From an uncultured virus (IMG/VR IMGVR_UViG_3300030330_006072) (Duplodnaviria > Heunggongvirae > Uroviricota > Caudoviricetes), in IMG/VR virus record IMGVR_UViG_3300030330_006072: a DNA stretch of 64,000 nucleotides; one strand, 5' to 3'. Position numbers and translations under genes: made by a program. Shown here piece by piece: positions 49,387 through 57,592 of the stretch; position 1 is the first letter of the stretch; each line of letters begins with the position of its first letter. Under the pieces are notes generated by a model. It did not search any database. It was not told the DNA's origin and was given only the letters and a program-made list of their open reading frames with translations.

Positions 49387-50332
49387 CGTTTTTCAAGATT
49401 ATTTCTCTCCCCTAGGGATTGAATACAATTTAGAGTGGCCCACACTGGCAAAGTGCCTAACGCATTTTAGACCCTCCAAATCTAAGAAACAGCAAAAAAC
49501 TTGGAGTCCTTCTATATTTCGCAGTCCAGTTAATCATCTAACAAACGGATCTTGGAGCCGAGACGATATCGATACACCTCAAAAGAGAAGCAAAGCGAAT
49601 TCCTATGAGGTTTCCTGTTTGGTCTTTGACTACGATGATGGGCAAAACATATCAAATTATGTTTTGTCGATCATGGAAAAAACAGATTGGAATTTTGCAT
49701 TCCATACCACATCGTCGGCTACTCTACAAGATCAACGTTGGAGGCTCATATTTCCCCTTGAGAGGCCGATAGATGGTTTTGTTTGGTCAGAGGGTGTAAA
49801 AGAACCCGCATTGGCTTTGTGGAGGATGTTAGGACTCCTTGGGACTCCAGATATGGGTGCTCTTGTTGATGCTGCTCGAATCTATTCGTTGCCGTATCAG
49901 ACTGCATACACATGCAGCGAAATGAGGACGAACGGAAAAAACCTCGACGTGTCGTTCAATGAACAGGTTTTTAAAGAGTTTGAGATAGTACACACGCAAA
50001 GAACCGTACAGAAAGCCAAAGCATATTTGCGTAGCTATCTAACATCCATATACAAGCATCCTTCCCACGTATGCGATAAAGAGTACTCTAAAAACCTCTT
50101 GGTTGCATGTACAACGTCAAGACGTGTTGTTGCCGAGCGTCTAAACGCTCGAATCGTAGGGGATAAAGTCACCAAATGGCCATGTCCCGATTGTGGCAAN
50201 NNNNNNNNNAAGTCTGATGCCACGTACTACTATTTGACAGCGGGCACAAGGGCTTTTTGCTCACATCAAAACAACTGCGGATGGACAGGAACCGTATACG
50301 AACTGGCTAAACAGTGGGACGTATTACCGTAG
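49376..50332 (+). CDS. Primase-polymerase-like (AEP superfamily) protein with C-terminal zinc finger
   Basis: LVFDYDD, FHTTSS...RWRLIFPL; CPDCG...CSH..NCGW; spans an assembly gap. Confidence 0.7.
   Translation: MKVSVFQDYFSPLGIEYNLEWPTLAKCLTHFRPSKSKKQQKTWSPSIFRSPVNHLTNGSWSRDDIDTPQKRSKANSYEVSCLVFDYDDGQNISNYVLSIMEKTDWNFAFHTTSSATLQDQRWRLIFPLERPIDGFVWSEGVKEPALALWRMLGLLGTPDMGALVDAARIYSLPYQTAYTCSEMRTNGKNLDVSFNEQVFKEFEIVHTQRTVQKAKAYLRSYLTSIYKHPSHVCDKEYSKNLLVACTTSRRVVAERLNARIVGDKVTKWPCPDCGXXXXKSDATYYYLTAGTRAFCSHQNNCGWTGTVYELAKQWDVLP
50200..50209. other. Assembly gap (10 N)
   Basis: Run of n characters. Confidence 0.99.
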
Positions 50333-50347
50333 CCGTAGACTGATAAT

Positions 50348-50372
50348 AGAGAGTAAAGAATCTTTACTCTCT
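50348..50372. repeat. 12-bp inverted repeat with 1-nt spacer
   Basis: agagagtaaaga-a-tctttactctct. Confidence 0.8.
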
Positions 50373-50416
50373 CTAATGAGTTTATGACTCAAACAGGCAA
50401 AAACAAGGAGAAAAAA

Positions 50417-50659
50417 ATGCCAAAGAAAAATAACCATCCCCCTAAAGAGGTATTCGATGCCATTGGTCACATATTCGATCAGAAGCTTTCACCTCAAAAA
50501 AATTCGATTTCTGTTTCAAGAAAGGCGCAGAAAACTTTAGAAGAATTTCATGCTCTACCAAAAGAAGAACAAGAATCTCTCATCCAAGAGCAAATAGCAT
50601 CCATGTATAACTACACTGTAAAAGTAGAACTCAAAGCCAAGGACAACGACAATGACTAG
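50417..50659 (+). CDS. Hypothetical protein
   Basis: Start set by the 30-bp leader identical to that of 3770. Confidence 0.7.
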   Translation: MPKKNNHPPKEVFDAIGHIFDQKLSPQKNSISVSRKAQKTLEEFHALPKEEQESLIQEQIASMYNYTVKVELKAKDNDND

Positions 50660-51158
50660 ATTTCCTGTTTGCTCTGTACATGTACCCGATAATCAGCATG
50701 GACAGTTTACGATGACTCCGATAACAGGAGAAAAGATAAGATGCTGCAAGTGCGATAAAGATGCCGTTGTATACGTACAAAAATCAATGAATTTGGTTGA
50801 GAGATTGACTCAATTGGGCCACATCCAAAAGCTCCAAAACAAAGACTATATCCTCTTGTCGGGCCTTTTGATGCTTGGACATGAAAACGGCCTTGAAAGC
50901 ATCCAAACAGAAATTATCGAACATGATAGAGAATCGAAGTTTGCGGTCGTTAAAGCTACCGTTAAAGGGACAAGAGGCACGTTCTCAGCAACAGGCGATG
51001 CCGATCCCCAAACATGCGGAAAGAAAGTCGCAGCAGCCTATATACGGATGGCCGAGACACGATCTATTTGTCGTGCGCTTAGATGGTACACTGGTGTAGG
51101 AATGACTGCAAGGGAAGAATTGCCCCCACAACAAAAAACAAACAAAGGTGAAACATAA
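50652..51158 (+). CDS. Rad52/Rad22-like single-strand annealing protein
   Basis: AVVKATV...FSATGDA...RMAETRSICRALR...G.GMTAREEL. Confidence 0.6.
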   Translation: MTRFPVCSVHVPDNQHGQFTMTPITGEKIRCCKCDKDAVVYVQKSMNLVERLTQLGHIQKLQNKDYILLSGLLMLGHENGLESIQTEIIEHDRESKFAVVKATVKGTRGTFSATGDADPQTCGKKVAAAYIRMAETRSICRALRWYTGVGMTAREELPPQQKTNKGET

Positions 51159-51658
51159 TGCTAGAAAAAACCAACTATTTTTTTGATGCTCTCTCTAAGC
51201 AAAGAGAAGACTTAAGAGAAGAATATGTACATGATTCGATGAAGCTGTCGGATTGGACTCATTTGATGAAAAAAGACGATGAATTGAACATGTACAACCA
51301 GTACCACGTAAACAACTCTATACATGGACTCATCATGCTGTTACATGAGCAAATATCCAAACAGCAGCGTATGATTGACATGCTTGTGGAAATGAACGGA
51401 GAAATTGATTTTAAAGATAAATTCGTTTATATCCGAGAGATCCATTTTCCAAATCATCGGAAAAGGGTTTTTACATACGAAGGAACAGGAACCTTGGTGG
51501 GGATTATCAAAGAAGCTCCAAAGTTTCTGTTGGACATGGACGATGGCGATGTGCTCATAATGGGAAAGACTACTTTTGGGCCTACCATCTGGATTTTTAA
51601 TGGTGGAGATCCCTATTCAATCCACAATTATGTGAAAGGAAGTGGCCGAGATGTCTAA
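51158..51658 (+). CDS. Hypothetical protein
   Basis: TAATG-coupled in the operon. Confidence 0.7.
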   Translation: MLEKTNYFFDALSKQREDLREEYVHDSMKLSDWTHLMKKDDELNMYNQYHVNNSIHGLIMLLHEQISKQQRMIDMLVEMNGEIDFKDKFVYIREIHFPNHRKRVFTYEGTGTLVGIIKEAPKFLLDMDDGDVLIMGKTTFGPTIWIFNGGDPYSIHNYVKGSGRDV

Positions 51659-52283
51659 TGCAATGACGAATAATTTTATTTGGCTCCCTATCATTCAAGG
51701 ATCGATCCCGATAACTCCAGTTGCAAAGGCCCGACCGAGAAAAGGTAAAAATGGAATGTATACCCCAAGCAAAACCAAAAAGGCCGAGGACGTTATCGGA
51801 CTCTATCTAAAACGATCTGCTCTTGAGGCTCCTATATCGGATGCTGTCGGTGTTAAGCTTGACTTTGTGTCTCCAAGACCCAAAGCTTTTAAAGGCGACT
51901 CCTACAGAGCCTTGAGGCCAAAGAAACCCGATATAGACAATCTTTGCAAACTGTTCTTGGATGGAATTAACGGCATTGTGATTGTAGACGACGCTCAAGT
52001 CGTTTACACACAATGTACCGACTGGTACGCAGCTAAGGACGAAGATGCAAAAATTGAGTTTGCTATTCTCAAACCGTTTGACCGTACCGAGGGAATGTTA
52101 GCCATCCTAGATCAAGCTTTGACAAAGCGTAGTATATACGCACTGGCCGATGAGTTGGGTATATCTTGGAGAACCCTTCACAGATACAAATCGAATCCTA
52201 ATGATGACTCTATAAGCGAGAAAATGAAGCTCTGGATCGAAAATCTTTTAGAGGAAATGGATATAACAATACCTATGTTCTAA
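51642..52283 (+). CDS. rusA: RusA-family Holliday junction resolvase with C-terminal HTH
   Basis: PVAKARPR...YTP, KPDIDNLCKLFLDGING...DDAQV; LADELGISWRTLHRY; start may be ATG 51651. Confidence 0.85.
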   Translation: MAEMSNAMTNNFIWLPIIQGSIPITPVAKARPRKGKNGMYTPSKTKKAEDVIGLYLKRSALEAPISDAVGVKLDFVSPRPKAFKGDSYRALRPKKPDIDNLCKLFLDGINGIVIVDDAQVVYTQCTDWYAAKDEDAKIEFAILKPFDRTEGMLAILDQALTKRSIYALADELGISWRTLHRYKSNPNDDSISEKMKLWIENLLEEMDITIPMF

Positions 52284-52305
52284 TTAATTCTTCTCTATCA
52301 AAAAT

Positions 52306-52330
52306 AAGGCCCCTTCATAGGGGCCTTTAT
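52306..52330 (+). terminator. Terminator-like hairpin
   Basis: aaggcccct-tcat-aggggcctt. Confidence 0.6.
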
Positions 52331-52384
52331 ATTTTCTGGAATATTAGGAAAAATATTGCTAGTATATAAGTGGAGAAATTTATA

Positions 52385-52891
52385 ATGACTAAAAATCATA
52401 AATTAACAGGTATATTTTTATCCGATCGTATGGATTGGGGAACACCCAAATATGTATTTGATAATCTAAATAAGGAATTCAAATTTGATCTGGATGCAGC
52501 GGCATCAAAATGGAACGCTAAATGTACAAGATACATTGCAAGCGACCAAGATTCTTTAACCTCCGACTGGAGCGCATTATCAGAGTCTTCTGTATGGCTG
52601 AATCCTCCTTACGGTCGAGACATCAGTAAATGGATAAAGAAGGCCCTTGATGAGTCTTTAAAGGGCCTTACGGTGGTTTGTCTAATCTTTGCTCGTACTG
52701 ATACAAAGTGGTGGCATAAATACGTATCCAAGGCCCACGAAGTGCGCTTGATAAAGGGTAGGATTAACTTCATCGATCCACAAACCCAACAGAAAGGAAA
52801 AACAGGTGCAGTAGCTCCCTCCGCAATAGTTATTTTCAAAAAGTCAAACCGTACTAAGCCAATATATAAACATGTGGAGTTTAAAAAATGA
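52385..52891 (+). CDS. Phage Dam-family N6-adenine methyltransferase
   Basis: WGTP, FDLDAAAS, WLNPPYG, ARTDTKWWH, GRINF. Confidence 0.9.
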   Translation: MTKNHKLTGIFLSDRMDWGTPKYVFDNLNKEFKFDLDAAASKWNAKCTRYIASDQDSLTSDWSALSESSVWLNPPYGRDISKWIKKALDESLKGLTVVCLIFARTDTKWWHKYVSKAHEVRLIKGRINFIDPQTQQKGKTGAVAPSAIVIFKKSNRTKPIYKHVEFKK

Positions 52892-53517
52892 CAACAGCAG
52901 CGGACATAGCAAGTGCATATCCCCAAGCAGCGGATATGGCCCAAAACATCGTCGAGGTATCAAATGCTTTAAGCATCGATCCTTCTTGGTTGGCAAATGT
53001 AATAAAAAGCGAATCCAATTTTAATCCTCAAGCGGTTAATCCCGATTCGCAAGCAACTGGTTTGATCCAATTCATGCCATTTACGGCAAAACGTCTATTG
53101 GGTACAGCGACAAACAGCGAGGCCCAACAAGTCGTTTATAAGATGGATGCAAATGCACAGCTTGGATTGACATATTTGTATCTTCTACCGTACAAGGGGA
53201 AAATGAAAAGCCAATTGGATGTTATCTTGGCCGTATTCTATCCCGCAGCATTGGGAAAAGGAGACAACTTCGACATAGCCGATCATTACGCTTTTAAAGA
53301 TGGGAAATACCCTAGGGGATCTGCTAAGTACATCGAAAGAAGAGACTATTTGATACGAATAAATGCGGGAATTCGTTATGCAATAGATTATTTTACAAGA
53401 TTTGTTGATAAGTGGAATTTAGAACCCGCCCCCCCGCAAAGCGGAATGAGTATCGGGGTATTTCTTCTTGCTATTGGGATCACTGCGGGTATTGGTTATA
53501 CATTGCTCAAAAAATAG
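52888..53517 (+). CDS. Lytic transglycosylase (SLT) with C-terminal membrane anchor
   Basis: ESNFNPQAVN...ATGLIQFMP; ends IGVFLLAIGITAGIGYTLLKK. Confidence 0.85.
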   Translation: MTTAADIASAYPQAADMAQNIVEVSNALSIDPSWLANVIKSESNFNPQAVNPDSQATGLIQFMPFTAKRLLGTATNSEAQQVVYKMDANAQLGLTYLYLLPYKGKMKSQLDVILAVFYPAALGKGDNFDIADHYAFKDGKYPRGSAKYIERRDYLIRINAGIRYAIDYFTRFVDKWNLEPAPPQSGMSIGVFLLAIGITAGIGYTLLKK

Positions 53518-53525
53518 GTAGATCG

Positions 53526-55040
53526 ATGCAAGAGAATCCACGTCCTATACAATTTGATGAAAACGATCAGAAGCTCTTTAATTTGGTTTTGAGCACCTTG
53601 AAAGATAAACTTAAGAAAGAGTATCGTAAAAAGGTTCTAAAAAATAAAGAAAATCAATTCTCCAATATTAAGTTCACGCTACAAGGAGAAATGATTCGAA
53701 CATTGGGATTTGGTGAACATCCTAATATTCTTAAATATAAGAAGAAGTTACGCAAAGAAAGAGCCAAATTAAAGGCTTTAGGAAAGCCTTTGCCTCCTTA
53801 TCCTAAAATGCCATCGGAAGTGTCAAAATGGAAAGGTATAAGGGTGGAAAGGCCGTTCAAGATTGAGTTTACAACAGACAAATCAAAATCTCTTACAGCC
53901 TCCACAAATTTTTCTGGATCGATGCGAAAACCATCCAAGTGGACTTCTGGTTCGTGGAAAAGATTATCTGACGCACAAGGCGGAGAGTACAAACAAGAGG
54001 GTGTATTAAGGATTCGTGCACCTAGATTTAAATTAAAGTCCTTGATGTATTACATATCCGATCATAACGACGTTTTATTTAAAAACAATATATTTAAACA
54101 GGTAGAGAGAGGATTAAGAAGGCTGTTCTTTCACGAATTGGCACATGCAAAAGATGTGAAAAATACGAGGCCAGAGGATAGTCTGTATGCTTTAGCTCAA
54201 GGGCGCAGCTATGTTGATTATTTCCGAGATCCAACAAACAAAGAGACAAAAGCACATTTGGCGGAGTACAACGAAACACTAGATTTTATAAAACAAGATC
54301 CTCAATTACTTGACGATCTCAAGACCGATTTGAGGACAGAACCATTCGAAGAATCTGTTAAAAAAATATTCAATGTTATTTCTGAAAGAAATCCTCTTAA
54401 ACATCTTTTGGTTGATAGCGATCTCTTAGCCCCTTTTTTAGTACGAATGATTGAATTAAAGGAGCGTATCAAAACAAACTCTTTAGCAGTCAGAACACTA
54501 GAAAAAGATTTGAAAGACAAAAAGGATTTCTTAAAAGAGTTGAGAAAAGAGAAGAGAATCGTCCAAAAATCGGGATCTCCCGACTTGATTTCTAGAGTAT
54601 CTAAAAAAATAACGGATACACAAGCTCAAATTAAAGAAATAAAACAGGCTCCTAATCAGTTGAAAAGAGATTTGGCGACGCTTAAAAAAATAAAGTTGGG
54701 TACATTCACTGGTTGGAAAGACGATCTTAGAGGTGTGAGATTTAGGAAAAGTGGAGAATTGGGACAGGCTCTTTGGAGGGGTAAATTTAGAGATAAGTAT
54801 TATAGATTGGGCTATTTAGCCGATTCATCGGTTAAGGATTTGAAAAAGTATCTTTCGAACGTCACTGAAGCATATCCAGTGGTATTAAGAGCCATATATC
54901 AAATGCTCGAAGAAAAAGATATGCTTCCTCAAAAAGCAGCACCAAAACCCAAGGCCCGACTATTGAGACAAGCAAAAGCCTTCGATCTCTCCGAGAGAAG
55001 GATAATTAAAGCTCTAAACGCTAGATTTAAAAGCTTATGA
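53526..55040 (+). CDS. Zincin-like (HExxH) metallopeptidase-domain protein with C-terminal shared tag
   Basis: FFHELAHAKD...ETKAH; ends FDLSERRIIKALNARFKSL; ATG 53526 (MQENPR). Confidence 0.7.
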   Translation: MQENPRPIQFDENDQKLFNLVLSTLKDKLKKEYRKKVLKNKENQFSNIKFTLQGEMIRTLGFGEHPNILKYKKKLRKERAKLKALGKPLPPYPKMPSEVSKWKGIRVERPFKIEFTTDKSKSLTASTNFSGSMRKPSKWTSGSWKRLSDAQGGEYKQEGVLRIRAPRFKLKSLMYYISDHNDVLFKNNIFKQVERGLRRLFFHELAHAKDVKNTRPEDSLYALAQGRSYVDYFRDPTNKETKAHLAEYNETLDFIKQDPQLLDDLKTDLRTEPFEESVKKIFNVISERNPLKHLLVDSDLLAPFLVRMIELKERIKTNSLAVRTLEKDLKDKKDFLKELRKEKRIVQKSGSPDLISRVSKKITDTQAQIKEIKQAPNQLKRDLATLKKIKLGTFTGWKDDLRGVRFRKSGELGQALWRGKFRDKYYRLGYLADSSVKDLKKYLSNVTEAYPVVLRAIYQMLEEKDMLPQKAAPKPKARLLRQAKAFDLSERRIIKALNARFKSL

Positions 55041-55840
55041 AAAAACACAAAAGAAATATTAAAAGATTTCTAAAGAGAAGAGGACTTATGTCCTCTACTA
55101 TAGATGTCTATCTGCGTGGTATTTCCCAAGAAGCCATAAACGATCCTATTACATGGTTGGAAGAAGAAATTGCCGAGGGACAGCCGATTAATACGCTCTT
55201 GGTAAAGAGAAGCATTGCTAAGGCGATACTTCTATGTGTGTATAAAAAAAGTGAAGATGAAACAAAACAGCTTTTGCCCAAAATCCGAGGGATAAAGTCT
55301 AAGATAAGGGATGGATTGACTGAAGAACAGCTTACAACGTATCGCCTCTATGCAGATGTCAAACATGAACCGATACGAACGATCTTATTGCTCCTTCCCG
55401 ATACTGGAATGAGAATTAGTCCGTTATGTTCCCTTCGACATGAGAACATCGAACAGGTGGGAAAGAGAACCATATTTAGAATTGTCGGTAAAGGGGGCAA
55501 GCCTAGAATTATTCCCTTGAATTCATCCGCTACAAAGCATTTGAATACATATCTCAAGCTCTATCCCAAAAGTCGATCTCCTTATGTATTCCGAGGTAAG
55601 ATTGATCACATACGCTCTGATACTGTAAGGAAGCACACACAAAGGCTCTCAAAGGCGAATCCAAGCCTTAAAAATCTATCTCCCCATACTTTGCGTCACA
55701 CTTACGCAACAAAGGCATACAAAGCGGGTGTAGACCTCAAAACACTACAAATGTTGTTGGGACATAGTGATCTCCAAACAACATCCAGATATATCCATCC
55801 AACAATAGACGATCTTTTCGTAGGAGTCGATAAAATATGA
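55037..55840 (+). CDS. Tyrosine recombinase (XerC/D-like)
   Basis: TGMRI, GKGGK, HTLRH, LLGH, TSRY. Confidence 0.92.
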   Translation: MKKHKRNIKRFLKRRGLMSSTIDVYLRGISQEAINDPITWLEEEIAEGQPINTLLVKRSIAKAILLCVYKKSEDETKQLLPKIRGIKSKIRDGLTEEQLTTYRLYADVKHEPIRTILLLLPDTGMRISPLCSLRHENIEQVGKRTIFRIVGKGGKPRIIPLNSSATKHLNTYLKLYPKSRSPYVFRGKIDHIRSDTVRKHTQRLSKANPSLKNLSPHTLRHTYATKAYKAGVDLKTLQMLLGHSDLQTTSRYIHPTIDDLFVGVDKI

Positions 55841-56382
55841 GTTTTCAACAATATGATTTTAAATTTGATCCATACGTAGAGTTAGAAATATCCTACGGTG
55901 CGATTGATTCAGAGATCAAAAAAGCCTATCGAGACTTGGCTAAAAAGTACCATCCCGATCGTAGCGGGGGATCTCAAGAACGCTTTCAGAGGATTTCAGA
56001 AGCGTATCAAATCCTCTCTGATGTGCGCCTTAAGAACCAGTTTGATGCTGAGAGAGAAAAAAGGCTTTGGAATGCGAATGCTGCGCCAAGCTTTGAAAAT
56101 GAAGCAATTTTTAATGGTTTAAAACATGCTGCCCAATTCGTAGCGAATCAATTTTTCTCCGAGAAGCCAAACTCTTATACGAGTGAGATTCCACCAATAA
56201 TAGAAGACAATGTGGACATTACAACCACAAGAGGCTCCTTTGGACTATCGATAACAGTCAATATAAAAAGACGCTCGTTTAAGCGTATACAAAAGGCGAT
56301 TGATGCGGGGGAAATCTCAAGAGAGGATGTTGCTGAGTATTTGGGGGATCTCGTTGCTGATCGCTTCTCAAGCGGCCTTTAA
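55837..56382 (+). CDS. J-domain (DnaJ-like) protein
   Basis: DPYVELEI...EIKKAYRDLAKKYHPDR...FQRISEAYQILSD. Confidence 0.92.
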   Translation: MSFQQYDFKFDPYVELEISYGAIDSEIKKAYRDLAKKYHPDRSGGSQERFQRISEAYQILSDVRLKNQFDAEREKRLWNANAAPSFENEAIFNGLKHAAQFVANQFFSEKPNSYTSEIPPIIEDNVDITTTRGSFGLSITVNIKRRSFKRIQKAIDAGEISREDVAEYLGDLVADRFSSGL

Positions 56383-57050
56383 TCGGATGTTAGAATACTG
56401 TACGCTTGGAACACTACAAATCCGACTGCGACAATAAGACCAACATTTTCCGCTGTATCGGTAAACCTAGAGAATCCAGTATAGGATTTGACATAAGAGG
56501 ATAAATTGTCTTGCAATGAATCCATCATCCTATCCATCATTTGTTTTAATTCCTCATTGGATATTTGATCTTTTACCTCCAAGTCGTAACTTTCAGAGAC
56601 TTTTTGCACGTAGTTATTGATCCAGTCTCTGATTCGAGGGTCTTTAAGGCAATTTGAAAATCGTGTTGTATCGCACCTAGGTAGATCGGGATAATCGAGG
56701 CCCATTGCTCTCTGATAAAATATTATTGCGGGTTCAAGCGCATTGATGTCTCCTAATTGGTATTGCATCCCAAAAAGCATCGATACCGTTGCGTACCAGT
56801 CTTTCATCGTAATAGGGCCTGTTATAAATCGTCCCATTGCCGATGCAAAGCCAATTCCTCTCTCCGATAAGAAATCCGCAAAACTCTCCTCTGTATTGCT
56901 GATCGAACCTTGGGGGGCTTGGATTAAAGCGTTGGCAATACGAAGCTTCCAGATAACATTATCCTTCATCGTTATGACATCGCTAATACCAACAGCCCAT
57001 GCCATAGAGCGAACAGCCGTATCCATCCATTTTTTCCAAGTTTTAGCCAT
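56379..57050 (-). CDS. Hypothetical protein with C-terminal TM helix
   Basis: Ends VGLIVAVGFVVFQAYSIL; in an operon with the endolysin. Confidence 0.7.
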   Translation of the reverse strand: MAKTWKKWMDTAVRSMAWAVGISDVITMKDNVIWKLRIANALIQAPQGSISNTEESFADFLSERGIGFASAMGRFITGPITMKDWYATVSMLFGMQYQLGDINALEPAIIFYQRAMGLDYPDLPRCDTTRFSNCLKDPRIRDWINNYVQKVSESYDLEVKDQISNEELKQMMDRMMDSLQDNLSSYVKSYTGFSRFTDTAENVGLIVAVGFVVFQAYSILTSD

Positions 57051-57279
57051 TCAAATCGTCCTTCTTTGGCTTAGAGAAAGAAGCAAGCATCTTTTGACCT
57101 GTGTCCCCACCGATATAGACTCCCGCAATAGATCCCGCAAAATAAGCCCACGTCGTCGCATCGATCTTTCCATACCACAAAGCAAATCCCGCAAATATTT
57201 CGAGTCCAAGACTAATTGTGACTCTGCGCCAAGACAAAGCATTTTCTTTGCAAAACAATTTTGTTGCTAAATTATTCAT
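57043..57279 (-). CDS. Putative holin (two TM helices)
   Basis: 78 aa, SWRR...TM...GKIDATTW...TM, charged tail; downstream of the amidase. Confidence 0.6.
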   Translation of the reverse strand: MNNLATKLFCKENALSWRRVTISLGLEIFAGFALWYGKIDATTWAYFAGSIAGVYIGGDTGQKMLASFSKPKKDDLNG

Positions 57280-57584
57280 TTCTTACGTCCCAAGTATAAA
57301 AGACCAAGTGCAGCAAGAGCCAAGGCCATTTTAGATCCCTTTGTATCAAGCTCTGATATAACATTACCTAATTCTGGATGGAATCCAACATGCACGATTT
57401 TACCATCTTTTGTTATGGATCGCCCATCTACTTTAATCTCTGCGGGATAGACCTTTTTTGGGTCGTCGTACCAATAATAGAGATCATAGCCCCCCTTATT
57501 TTTTAGAGTTACGACTAATCCTCTTTTATACTTAGGGTCGTCGGCCCTAAGTACAATAGGTTTTTCTTTAGGTAATTTAACCAT
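57276..57584 (-). CDS. Small tail-anchored membrane protein
   Basis: Ends MALALAALGLLYLGRKK. Confidence 0.7.
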   Translation of the reverse strand: MVKLPKEKPIVLRADDPKYKRGLVVTLKNKGGYDLYYWYDDPKKVYPAEIKVDGRSITKDGKIVHVGFHPELGNVISELDTKGSKMALALAALGLLYLGRKK

Positions 57585-57592
57585 TATATCTC

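Noticed and set aside
50200..50209. Insertion or frameshift in the primase zinc finger
   Set aside because: It is an N gap; its true length is unknown
55037..55840. Integron integrase or prophage boundary
   Set aside because: No IntI-specific insertion, no attC-like sites and no host genes adjacent
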